From Eledone cirrhosa (lineage: Eukaryota): DNA of 64,000 nucleotides. A model generated the notes under the pieces. That model worked only from the letters and a program-made list of their open reading frames with translations, did not search any database and was not told where the DNA came from. Below are positions 10,321 through 22,100 of this stretch, one piece after another. The position numbers and the translations under genes are program-made. Within the stretch, counting starts at the first letter, position 1. Every line of letters begins with the position of its first letter. The stretch covers positions 356,872,001 through 356,936,000 of the forward strand of contig OZ024741.1 of assembly GCA_964016885.1 (NCBI GenBank). The letters run 5' to 3'.

Positions 10321-10610
10321 TCATCATCATCATCATCATTTTACGTCCGCTTTTCCCTGCTTGCAAGGGTGAGACGGGTCTTATTCAGCATCTCTTCACT
10401 TGTCACGGTCTTTCATCATCTCCACGTGAGCTTCAGTGATCTGAGGTCTGTTCTCACCACCTCCGCCCATGTTTTTCGTGGTCTACCTCTACCACGTCTT
10501 CCTTCAACTGGCATTTCCTGGCACTTCTTCACCCATCGGTCATCCTTCATGCGCATCACATGTCCATACCACCAATCTTTCAAATAATCACACATCTTCA
10601 TTTGCATCCA
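10321..10610 (-). mobile_element. 3' end of an RTE-clade LINE
   Basis: ORF 10416-10607 WYGHVMRMKDDRWVKKCQEMPVEGRRGRGRPRKTWAEVVRTDL is a typical RTE ORF C-terminus; short 3'UTR ending in (GAT)n. Confidence 0.9.
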
Positions 10611-10834
10611 CTTCTCACCATTTTAAAGACATGTGTGAGTTACTTATTACCTTTAGAGGCCACCTCTGGCCATAGCAGTGTCAGCCTATGAATATATGAA
10701 GTATCAAGTCCAGTGGCTCATCAGATCAGGGCTTATCCCAGTTTCACTGAGAAAACAAGGCTCCCCACTGAACAGGAGATGGAGATTAGTTCATCACAGC
10801 CCCCAGCTGTTGCTGGTACTTATTTATTTCAGCA

Positions 10835-11156
10835 ACGACCTCCCATGGGTACAAGCTGAAGCATATAGACAATATGCCCCCACACCCCCCACCGCAAGGT
10901 GGTCGTGGAGGTGCCACGGCAAAAAATCACCCAGCCCACACTGTAAAGTGGATGTGTAGGCGCCACGAAAAAGCACCCAGCACTCACTGTAAATGAGGTT
11001 GGTGTTAGGAAGGGCATCCAGCTGTAGAAATCAAGCCAAATCAGTTCCTGTATGAGCAAGGCATGGTCAGCTGACCAGACACTGCTCACAACAGGACAAC
11101 CCGTCTAACCCATGCTAGCGTGGAAGAACGGACATAAAACGGTGATGATGATGATG
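10835..11156 (+). mobile_element. RTE-tailed SINE, 3' portion
   Basis: Body and (GAT)n tail; 10938-11156 is the reverse complement of 11218-11438; left boundary approximate. Confidence 0.75.
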
Positions 11157-11217
11157 AACGGGAAATGAAATATCTTGCTCTAGAATACAATGTGCCACCC
11201 AGTCAAAGATTGAAACC

Positions 11218-11610
11218 ATCATCATCATCGTCATCACCGTTTTACGTCCGTTCTTCCACGCTAGCATGGATTAGATGGGTTGTCCTGTTATGGGCAGTGC
11301 CCGGGCAGCTGACTTTGTCTTGCTCATACGGGAACTGATTCTGGCTTGATTTCTACAGCTGGATACCCTTCCTAACACCAACCTCATTTACAGTGAGTGC
11401 TGGGTGCTTTTTTGCCGTGGCACGTCCACTTTACAGTGGAACGATAGAGACCCCAGTCCTATCATCTCATTTCTACAGCTGAGTAAACTGGAGCAATGTG
11501 AAATAAAGTGTCTTGCTCAAGGAAACAACACATCACCCGGTTCGAGAATTGAACTCACAACCTCTGGATTGCAAGCCCAATGCTCTAACCACTAAGCCAT
11601 GCGCCTTCAC
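11218..11610 (-). mobile_element. Full-length tRNA/CORE-like SINE with RTE-type tail
   Basis: A and B boxes, CORE-like block and (GAT)n tail; appears nested in an older minus-strand SINE whose pieces remain at ~10700-10832, 11157-11217 and 11611-11665. Confidence 0.85.
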
Positions 11611-11820
11611 CATGAGTATATAATCATGAGCTCAGCATCATAACCGCTAGATTGTGCCTCTTCACTATACAAGAGGTCAGACACTCTAAAATAAGATGGA
11701 AAAAATTAATCTGAGAAGACAAGTGTCGGTGCCATGATAAACATACTCCGTTTACTTTATCTCAGCCATAAAAGCTCTGCCAAAACTATTAATTTATATA
11801 CAAAAATTACGAAATACAGC

Positions 11821-11928
11821 CACCATCATTACTGCCACCACCACCATCACTATTACTACCATCATCATTGTTGCCACCAGCATCACCACTACCATCACTA
11901 CTGCCACCACCACTACTATCATCACTAT
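11821..11928. repeat. Imperfect (CAC/CAT/TAC)n trinucleotide tract
   Basis: Direct reading; it explains the poly-His ORF at 11734-11931. Confidence 0.9.
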
Positions 11929-12185
11929 TAACCAGTCTAGCATATGTCAAATGTTGTGATGTTGCTGTGTACTGTAGGAGTGCTGCCAAAAATGAGGAAT
12001 GCCAGATCATCATAAAACAAATAAAAACCCTTCTTTGCAGCTAATTGATCTCAAAATAGTATTAATTACATCATATATGATGATGATTACATCATGATGA
12101 TGATGATAGGTACAAAACGTTAGAGCACAGGTGATTTTGACATGTTTTGTGTGAATGGACACATAACAGGCATAAATATAAGTTA

Positions 12186-12415
12186 CTAGACCACCCATTA
12201 CCCGTTGGGTCATGTTCACTTAAAAATATTTTTTAAAAATCATGTTCACTTAGAAATAATTTTTAAGTAATTAAAATATACGCAGGCATGTATATAATGT
12301 AAAATGAAATTGGAAGGCCCATGTATATATATGTGTGTGTGTGTTCGAGTTAGATGCAGTAATGCTGTATTCGATTCTTTGAAGTCACCTGTTAGAATTT
12401 CATTCAACAACACCA

Positions 12416-12458
<43 letters not shown>

Positions 12459-12634
12459 CAGAAAAACCCTGTATGTCAGGAACCTGTGTTCCGATTTACA
12501 CAAAACTTATTTTATTCCATTTGTATTCCCATTTCAGGGACAACTTCAGTCAAAGTATTTTCCCATTATACGCCGTTTTGGCTGTATTAAATTACAGACG
12601 TGCACACAATCACAGAGTTTTAGTAGTGTATAGA
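12186..12634 (-). mobile_element. Non-autonomous Helitron containing a (CT)n tract
   Basis: Minus-strand 5' end A|TCTATACACTACTAAAAC; 3' end ACCCA-ACGGGTAA-TGGGT-GGT-CTAG|T; A|T target. Confidence 0.65.
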
Positions 12635-12727
12635 TTATGTGTATCCAATTTAGAATAGGCACATCTTCTATTCTTTAATCTGATATCATATCATTATTGT
12701 TTTTGTTTTTATTTTTATTTTTTATAG

Positions 12728-12956
12728 AGCTCTTTCCACCTGTGGAAAATTATCGAATTTAACCTACCTTGATCTCTCCGGCTGCCTGCAAGTCAGTGGT
12801 GATGTTCTTGAAAACTTGGTGGAATCTTGTCCAAAACTGAAACATGAATTTCTTTTCTACTGTGATAATATTAGCAATGATCCTTATGAATATACAGCCA
12901 GTGGGTGTCAGAATCTACAGTGTAGCAACAGAGTCTGTTGCCGGAATGGGGAATAA
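12728..12956 (+). CDS. FBXL5: Final coding exon of F-box/LRR-repeat protein 5 (iron/oxygen-sensing SCF substrate receptor)
   Basis: T-rich tract plus TAG acceptor at 12725-12727 (phase 2). From 12729 it reads [75 protein letters not shown], matching the vertebrate FBXL5 C-terminus as recalled (...[32 protein letters not shown]). Confidence 0.93.
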
Positions 12957-12976
12957 CCTTAAGTTTATTTGATGAA

Positions 12977-12992
12977 CAGGTAAATTATTAAA
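12977..12992 (+). promoter_or_regulatory. Candidate 5' splice site (CAG|GTAAAT) next to an ATTAAA poly(A) signal
   Basis: GT at 12980-12981, 23 nt after the stop; ATTAAA at 12987-12992 with a GU/U-rich tract at ~13010-13032. Confidence 0.4.
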
Positions 12993-13177
12993 TTGTTTGA
13001 TAAATTTAGTTTGTGTATTCTTTTCTTTTATCATTTAAATACCATTGTTCATATGTTAACATATGTTGTGCACTCACCTATTACTAGAGCCCAGACTGAT
13101 ATAAACTTTAGAAATACCCCTACTGTTGCAAATTATTTGTAATAATACTAGGATCAAACAACCTCAGAGCTTAGTGT

Positions 13178-16100
13178 CAGTCTTCACCACTGCCATCAAG
13201 ACCCCTACTGTTCCACAGTCTTCACCACTACCATCAAGACCCCTACTGTTACACAGTCTTCACCACTGCCATCAAGACCCCTACTGTTCCACAGTCTTCA
13301 CCACTACCATCAATACCCCTACTGTTACACAGTCTTCACCACTGCCATCAAGACTGCTACTGTTACACAGTCTTCACCACTACCATCAAGACCCCTACTG
13401 TTACACAGTCTTCACCACTACCATCAAGACCCCTACTGTTCCACAGTCTTCACCACTACCATCAAGACCCCTACTGTTACACAGTCTTCACCACTGCCAT
13501 CAAGACTCCTACTGTTACACAGTCTTCACCACTACCATCAAGACCCCTACTGTTCCACAGTCTTCACCACTACCATCAAGACCCCTACTGTTACACAGTC
13601 TTCACCACTACCATCAAGACTCCTGCTGTTCCACAGTCTTCACCACTACCATCAAGACCCCTACTGTTACACAGTCTTCACCCCTACCATCAAGACCCCT
13701 ACTGTTACACAGTCTTCACCCCTACCATCAAGACCCCTACTGTTCCAAAGTCTTCACCACTACCATCAAGACTCCTGCTGTTACACAGTCTTCACCACTA
13801 CCATCAAGACCCCTACTGTTCCACAGTCTTCACCACTACCATCAAGACCCCTACTGTTACACAGTCTTCACCACTGCCATCAAGACTCCTACTGTTACAC
13901 AGTCTTCACCACTACCATCAAGACTCCTACTGTTCCACAGTCTTCACCACTACCATCAAGACCCCTACTGTTACACAGTCTTCACCACTACCATCAAGAC
14001 CCCTACTGTTACACAGTCTTCACCACTGCCATCAAGACTCCTACTGTTACACAGTCTTCACCACTGCCATCAAGACCCCTACTGTTACACAGTCTTCACC
14101 ACTGCCATCAAGACCCCTACTGTTACACAGTCTTCACCACTACCATCAAGACTCCTACTGTTACACAGTCTTCACCATTACCATCAAGACCCCTACTGTT
14201 ACACAGTCTTCACCACTGCCATCAAGACCCCTACTGTTACAAAGTCTTCACCACTACCATCAAGACTCCTACTGTTACACAGTCTTCACCACTACCATCA
14301 AGACTCCTACTGTTACACAGTCTTCACCACTACCATCAAGACCCCTACTGTTACACAGTCTTCACCACTGCCATCAAGACCCCTACTGTTACACAGTCTT
14401 CACCATTACCATCAAGACTCCTACTGTTACACAGTCTTCACCACTACCATCAAGACCCCTACTGTTACACAGTCTTCACCACTGCCATCAAGACTCCTAC
14501 TGTTACACAGTCTTCACCACTGCCATCAAGACTCCTACTGTTACACAGTCTTCACCACTGCCATCAAGACTCCTACTGTTACACAGTCTTCATCATTACC
14601 ATCAGGACCCCTACTGTTACACAGTCTTCACCACTACCATCAAGACCCCTACTGTTACACAGTCTTCACCACTACCATCAAGACCCCTACTGTTCCACAG
14701 TCTTCACCACTGCCATCAAGACCCCTACTGTTACACAGTCTTCACCACTACCATCAAGACTCATACTGTTACACAGTCTTCACCACTGCCATCAAGACTC
14801 CTACTGTTACACAGTCTTCATCATTACCATCAAGACCCCTACTGTTACACAGTCTTCACCGCTGCCATCAAGACCCCTACTGTTACACAGTCTTCACCAC
14901 TACCATCAAGACCCCTACTGTTACACAGTCTTCACCACTACCATCAAGACTCCTGCTGTTACACAGTCTTCACCACTGCCATCAAAACCCCTACTGTTAC
15001 ACAGTCTTCACCACTGCCATAAAGACCCCTACTGTTACACAGTCTTCACCACCGCCATCAAGACTCCTACTGTTACACAGTTTTCACCACTGCCATCAAA
15101 ACCCCTACTGTTACACAGTCTTCACCACTACCATCAAGACCCCTACTGTTACACAGTCTTCACCACTGCCATCAAGACCCCTACTGTTACACAGTCTTCA
15201 CCACCGCCATCAAGACTCCTACTGTTACACAGTTTTCACCACTGCCATCAAAACCCCTAATGTTACACAGTCTTCACCACTACCATCAAGACCCCTACTG
15301 TTCCACAGTCTTCACCACTACCATCAAGACCCCTACTGTTACACAGTCTTCACCACTGCCATCAAGACTCCTACTGTTACACAGTCTTCACCACTACCAT
15401 CAAGACCCCTACTGTTCCACAGTCTTCACCACTACCATCAAGACCCCTACTGTTACACAGTCTTCACCACTACCATCAAGACCCCTACTGTTACACAGTC
15501 TTCACCACTACCATCAAGACCCCTGCTGTTACACAGTCTTCACCACTACCATCAAGACCCCTACTGTTCCAGTCTTCACCACTACCATCAAGACCCCTGC
15601 TGTTACACAGTCTTCACCACTACCATCAAGACCCCTACTGTTCCACAGTCTTCACCACTACCATCAAGACCCCTACTGTTACACAGTCTTCACCACTACC
15701 ATCAAGACTCCTGCTGTTACACAGTCTTCACCACTGCCATCAAGACTCCTGCTGTTCCACAGTCTTCACCACTACCATCAAGACCCCTACTGTTACACAG
15801 TCTTCACCCCTACCATCAAGACCCCTACTGTTACACAGTCTTCACCCCTACCATCAAGACCCCTACTGTTCCAAAGTCTTCACCACTACCATCAAGACTC
15901 CTGCTGTTACACAGTCTTCACCACTACCATCAAGACCCCTACTGTTCCACAGTCTTCACCACTACCATCAAGACCCCTACTGTTACACAGTCTTCACCAC
16001 TACCATCAAGACTCCTACTGTTACACAGTCTTCACCACTGCCATCAAGACTCCTACTGTTACACAGTCTTCACCACTACCATCAAGACTCCTACTGTTCC

Positions 16101-19100
16101 ACAGTCTTCACCACTACCATCAAGACCCCTACTGTTACACAGTCTTCACCACTACCATCAAGACTCCTACTGTTCCACAGTCTTCACCACTACCATCAAG
16201 ACCCCTACTGTTACACAGTCTTCACCACTACCATCAAGACCCCTACTGTTACACAGTCTTCACCACTGCCATCAAGACTCCTACTGTTACACAGTCTTCA
16301 CCACTGCCATCAAGACCCCTACTGTTACACAGTCTTCACCACTGCCATCAAGACCCCTACTGTTACACAGTCTTCACCACTACCATCAAGACTCCTACTG
16401 TTACACAGTCTTCACCATTACCATCAAGACCCCTACTGTTACACAGTCTTCACCACTGCCATCAAGACCCCTACTGTTACAAAGTCTTCACCACTACCAT
16501 CAAGACTCCTACTGTTACACAGTCTTCACCACTACCATCAAGACTCCTACTGTTACACAGTCTTCACCACTACCATCAAGACCCCTACTGTTACACAGTC
16601 TTCACCACTGCCATCAAGACCCCTACTGTTACACAGTCTTCACCATTACCATCAAGACTCCTACTGTTACACAGTCTTCACCACTACCATCAAGACCCCT
16701 ACTGTTACACAGTCTTCACCACTGCCATCAAGACTCCTACTGTTACACAGTCTTCACCACTGCCATCAAGACTCCTACTGTTACACAGTCTTCATCATTA
16801 CCATCAGGACCCCTACTGTTACACAGTCTTCACCACTACCATCAAGACCCCTACTGTTATACAGTCTTCACCACTACCATCAAGACCCCTACTGTTCCAC
16901 AGTCTTCACCACTGCCATCAAGACCCCTACTGTTACACAGTCTTCACCACTACCATCAAGACTCATACTGTTACACAGTCTTCACCACTGCCATCAAGAC
17001 TCCTACTGTTACACAGTCTTCATCATTACCATCAAGACCCCTACTGTTACACAGTCTTCACCGCTGCCATCAAGACCCCTACTGTTACACAGTCTTCACC
17101 ACTACCATCAAGACCCCTACTGTTACACAGTCTTCACCACTACCATCAAGACTCCTGCTGTTACACAGTCTTCACCACTGCCATCAAAACCCCTACTGTT
17201 ACACAGTCTTCACCACTGCCATAAAGACCCCTACTGTTACACAGTCTTCACCACCGCCATCAAGACTCCTACTGTTACACAGTTTTCACCACTGCCATCA
17301 AAACCCCTACTGTTACACAGTCTTCACCACTACCATCAAGACCCCTACTGTTACACAGTCTTCACCACTGCCATCAAGACCCCTACTGTTACACAGTCTT
17401 CACCACCGCCATCAAGACTCCTACTGTTACACAGTTTTCACCACTGCCATCAAAACCCCTAATGTTACACAGTCTTCACCACTACCATCAAGACCCCTAC
17501 TGTTACACAGTCTTCACCACTACCATCAAGACCCCTACTGTTATACAGTCTTCACCACTACCATCAAGACTCCTGCTGTTACACAGTCTTCACCACTGCC
17601 ATCAAGACCCCTACTGTTCCACAGTCTTCACCACTACCATCAAGACCCCTACTGTTACACAGTCTTCACCACTACCATCAAGACCCCTACTGTTACACAG
17701 TCTTCACCACTACCATCAAGACCCCTACTGTTACACAGTCTTCACCACTGCCATCAAGACTCCTGCTGTTACACAGTCTTCACCACTGCCATCAAAACCC
17801 CTACTGTTACACAGTCTTCACCACTGACATCAAGACCCCTACTGTTACACAGTCTTCACCACTGCCATCAAGACCCCTGCTGTTACACAGTCTTCACCAC
17901 TGCCATCAAGACTCCTACTGTTACACAGTCTTCACCACTGCCATCAAGACCCCTACTGTTACACAGTCTTCACCACTACCATCAAGACTCCTACTGTTAC
18001 ACAGTCTTCACCACTACCATCAAGACTCCTACTGTTACACAGTCTTCACCACTACCATCAAGACCGCTACTGTTACACAATCTTCACCACTGCCATCAAG
18101 ACCCCTACTGTTACACAGTCTTCACCACTACCATCAAGACCCCTACTGTTACACAGTCTTCACCACTACCATCAAGACCCCTACTGTTACACAGTCTTCA
18201 CCACTACCATCAAGACCCCTACTGTTACACAGTCTTCACCACTACCATCAAGACCCCTACTGTTACACAGTCTTCACCATTACCATCAAGACCCCTACTG
18301 TTACACAGTCTTCATCATTACCATCAAGACCCCTACTGTTCCACAGTCTTCACCACTAGCATCAAGACCCCTACTGTTACACAGTCTTCACCACTACCAT
18401 CAGGACCCCTACTGTTACACAGTCTTCACCACTACCATCAAGACCCCTACTGTTCCACAGTCTGCACCACTGCCATCAAGACTCCTACTGTTACACAGTC
18501 TTCACCACTACCATCAAGACCCCTACTGTTCCACAGTCTGCACCACTGCCATCAAGACTCCTACTGTTACACAGTCTTCACCACTGCCATCAAGACCCCT
18601 ACTGTTACACAGTCTTCACCACTACCATCAAGACCCCTACTGTTACACAGTCTTCACCCCTACCATCAAGACCCCTACAGTTACACAGTCTTCACCATTA
18701 TCATCAAGACCCCTACTGTACAGTCTGCACCATTACCATCAAGACCCCTACTGTTACACAGTCTTCACCACTACCATCAAGACCCCTACTGTTACACAGT
18801 CTTCACCACTGCCATCAAGACTCCTACTGTTACACAGTCTTCACCGCTGCCATCAAGACCCCTACTGTTACACAGTCTTCACCACTACCATCAAGACCCC
18901 TACTGTTACACAGTCTTCACCACTACCATCAAGACTCCTACTGTTACACAGTCTTCACCACTGCCATCAAAACCCCTACTGTTACACAGTCTTCACCACT
19001 GCCATAAAGACCCCTACTGTTACACAGTCTTCACCACCGCCATCAAGACTCCTACTGTTACACAGTTTTCACCACTGCCATCAAAACCCCTACTGTTACA

Positions 19101-22100
19101 CAGTCTTCACCACTACCATCAAGACCCCTACTGTTACACAGTCTTCACCACTGCCATCAAGACCCCTACTGTTACACAGTCTTCACCACCGCCATCAAGA
19201 CTCCTACTGTTACACAGTTTTCACCACTGCCATCAAAACCCCTAATGTTACACAGTCTTCACCACTACCATCAAGACCCCTACTGTTACACAGTCTTCAC
19301 CACTACCATCAAGACCCCTACTGTTATACAGTCTTCACCACTACCATCAAGACTCCTGCTGTTACACAGTCTTCACCACTGCCATCAAGACCCCTACTGT
19401 TCCACAGTCTTCACCACTACCATCAAGACCCCTACTGTTACACAGTCTTCACCACTACCATCAAGACCCCTACTGTTACACAGTCTTCACCACTACCATC
19501 AAGACCCCTACTGTTACACAGTCTTCACCACTGCCATCAAGACTCCTGCTGTTACACAGTCTTCACCACTGCCATCAAAACCCCTACTGTTACACAGTCT
19601 TCACCACTGACATCAAGACCCCTACTGTTACACAGTCTTCACCACTGCCATCAAGACCCCTGCTGTTACACAGTCTTCACCACTGCCATCAAGACTCCTA
19701 CTGTTACACAGTCTTCACCACTGCCATCAAGACCCCTACTGTTACACAGTCTTCACCACTACCATCAAGACTCCTACTGTTACACAGTCTTCACCACTAC
19801 CATCAAGACTCCTACTGTTACACAGTCTTCACCACTACCATCAAGACCGCTACTGTTACACAATCTTCACCACTGCCATCAAGACCCCTACTGTTACACA
19901 GTCTTCACCACTACCATCAAGACCCCTACTGTTACACAGTCTTCACCACTACCATCAAGACCCCTACTGTTACACAGTCTTCACCACTACCATCAAGACC
20001 CCTACTGTTACACAGTCTTCACCACTACCATCAAGACCCCTACTGTTACACAGTCTTCACCATTACCATCAAGACCCCTACTGTTACACAGTCTTCATCA
20101 TTACCATCAAGACCCCTACTGTTCCACAGTCTTCACCACTAGCATCAAGACCCCTACTGTTACACAGTCTTCACCACTACCATCAGGACCCCTACTGTTA
20201 CACAGTCTTCACCACTACCATCAAGACCCCTACTGTTCCACAGTCTGCACCACTGCCATCAAGACTCCTACTGTTACACAGTCTTCACCACTACCATCAA
20301 GACCCCTACTGTTCCACAGTCTGCACCACTGCCATCAAGACTCCTACTGTTACACAGTCTTCACCACTGCCATCAAGACCCCTACTGTTACACAGTCTTC
20401 ACCACTACCATCAAGACCCCTACTGTTACACAGTCTTCACCCCTACCATCAAGACCCCTACAGTTACACAGTCTTCACCATTATCATCAAGACCCCTACT
20501 GTACAGTCTGCACCATTACCATCAAGACCCCTACTGTTACACAGTCTTCACCACTACCATCAAGACCCCTACTGTTACACAGTCTTCACCACTGCCATCA
20601 AGACTCCTACTGTTACACAGTCTTCACCACTACCATCAAGACTCCTACTGTTACACAGTCTTCACCACTACCATCAAGACTCCTACTGTTACACAGTCTT
20701 CACCACTGCCTTCAAGACTCCTACTGTTACACAGTGTTCATCATTACCATCAGGACCCCTACTGTTACACAGTCTTCACCATTACCATCAAGACCCCTAC
20801 TGTTACACAGTCTTCATCATTACCATCAAGACCCCTACTGTTCCACAGTCTTCACCACTAGCATCAAGACCCCTACTGTTACACAGTCTTCACCACTACC
20901 ATCAGGACCCCTACTGTTACACAGTCTTCACCACTACCATCAAGACCCCTACTGTTCCACAGTCTGCACCACTGCCATCAAGACTCCTACTGTTACACAG
21001 TCTTCACCACTACCATCAAGACCCCTACTGTTCCACAGTCTGCACCACTGCCATCAAGACTCCTACTGTTACACAGTCTTCACCACTGCCATCAAGACCC
21101 CTACTGTTACACAGTCTTCACCACTACCATCAAGACCCCTACTGTTACACAGTCTTCACCCCTACCATCAAGACCCCTACAGTTACACAGTCTTCACCAT
21201 TATCATCAAGACCCCTACTGTACAGTCTGCACCATTACCATCAAGACCCCTACTGTTACACAGTCTTCACCACTACCATCAAGACCCCTACTGTTACACA
21301 GTCTTCACCACTGCCATCAAGACTCCTACTGTTACACAGTCTTCACCGCTGCCATCAAGACCCCTACTGTTACACAGTCTTCACCACTACCATCAAGACC
21401 CCTACTGTTACACAGTCTTCACCACTACCATCAAGACTCCTACTGTTACACAGTCTTCACCACTGCCATCAAAACCCCTACTGTTACACAGTCTTCACCA
21501 CTGCCATAAAGACCCCTACTGTTACACAGTCTTCACCACCGCCATCAAGACTCCTACTGTTACACAGTTTTCACCACTGCCATCAAAACCCCTACTGTTA
21601 CACAGTCTTCACCACTACCATCAAGACCCCTACTGTTACACAGTCTTCACCACTGCCATCAAGACCCCTACTGTTACACAGTCTTCACCACCGCCATCAA
21701 GACTCCTACTGTTACACAGTTTTCACCACTGCCATCAAAACCCCTAATGTTACACAGTCTTCACCACTACCATCAAGACCCCTACTGTTACACAGTCTTC
21801 ACCACTACCATCAAGACCCCTACTGTTATACAGTCTTCACCACTACCATCAAGACTCCTGCTGTTACACAGTCTTCACCACTGCCATCAAGACCCCTACT
21901 GTTCCACAGTCTTCACCACTACCATCAAGACCCCTACTGTTACACAGTCTTCACCACTACCATCAAGACCCCTACTGTTACACAGTCTTCACCACTACCA
22001 TCAAGACCCCTACTGTTACACAGTCTTCACCACTGCCATCAAGACTCCTGCTGTTACACAGTCTTCACCACTGCCATCAAAACCCCTACTGTTACACAGT

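Noticed and set aside
11734-12013. Poly-His and Gly/Asp/Ser ORFs
   Set aside because: Translations of a trinucleotide low-complexity tract.
13183-13200. Iron-responsive element: the minus strand of the TGCC variant contains CAGTGG
   Set aside because: The flanks (GATGG / TGAAG) do not form the 5-bp upper stem with a bulged C, and it is antisense to FBXL5.
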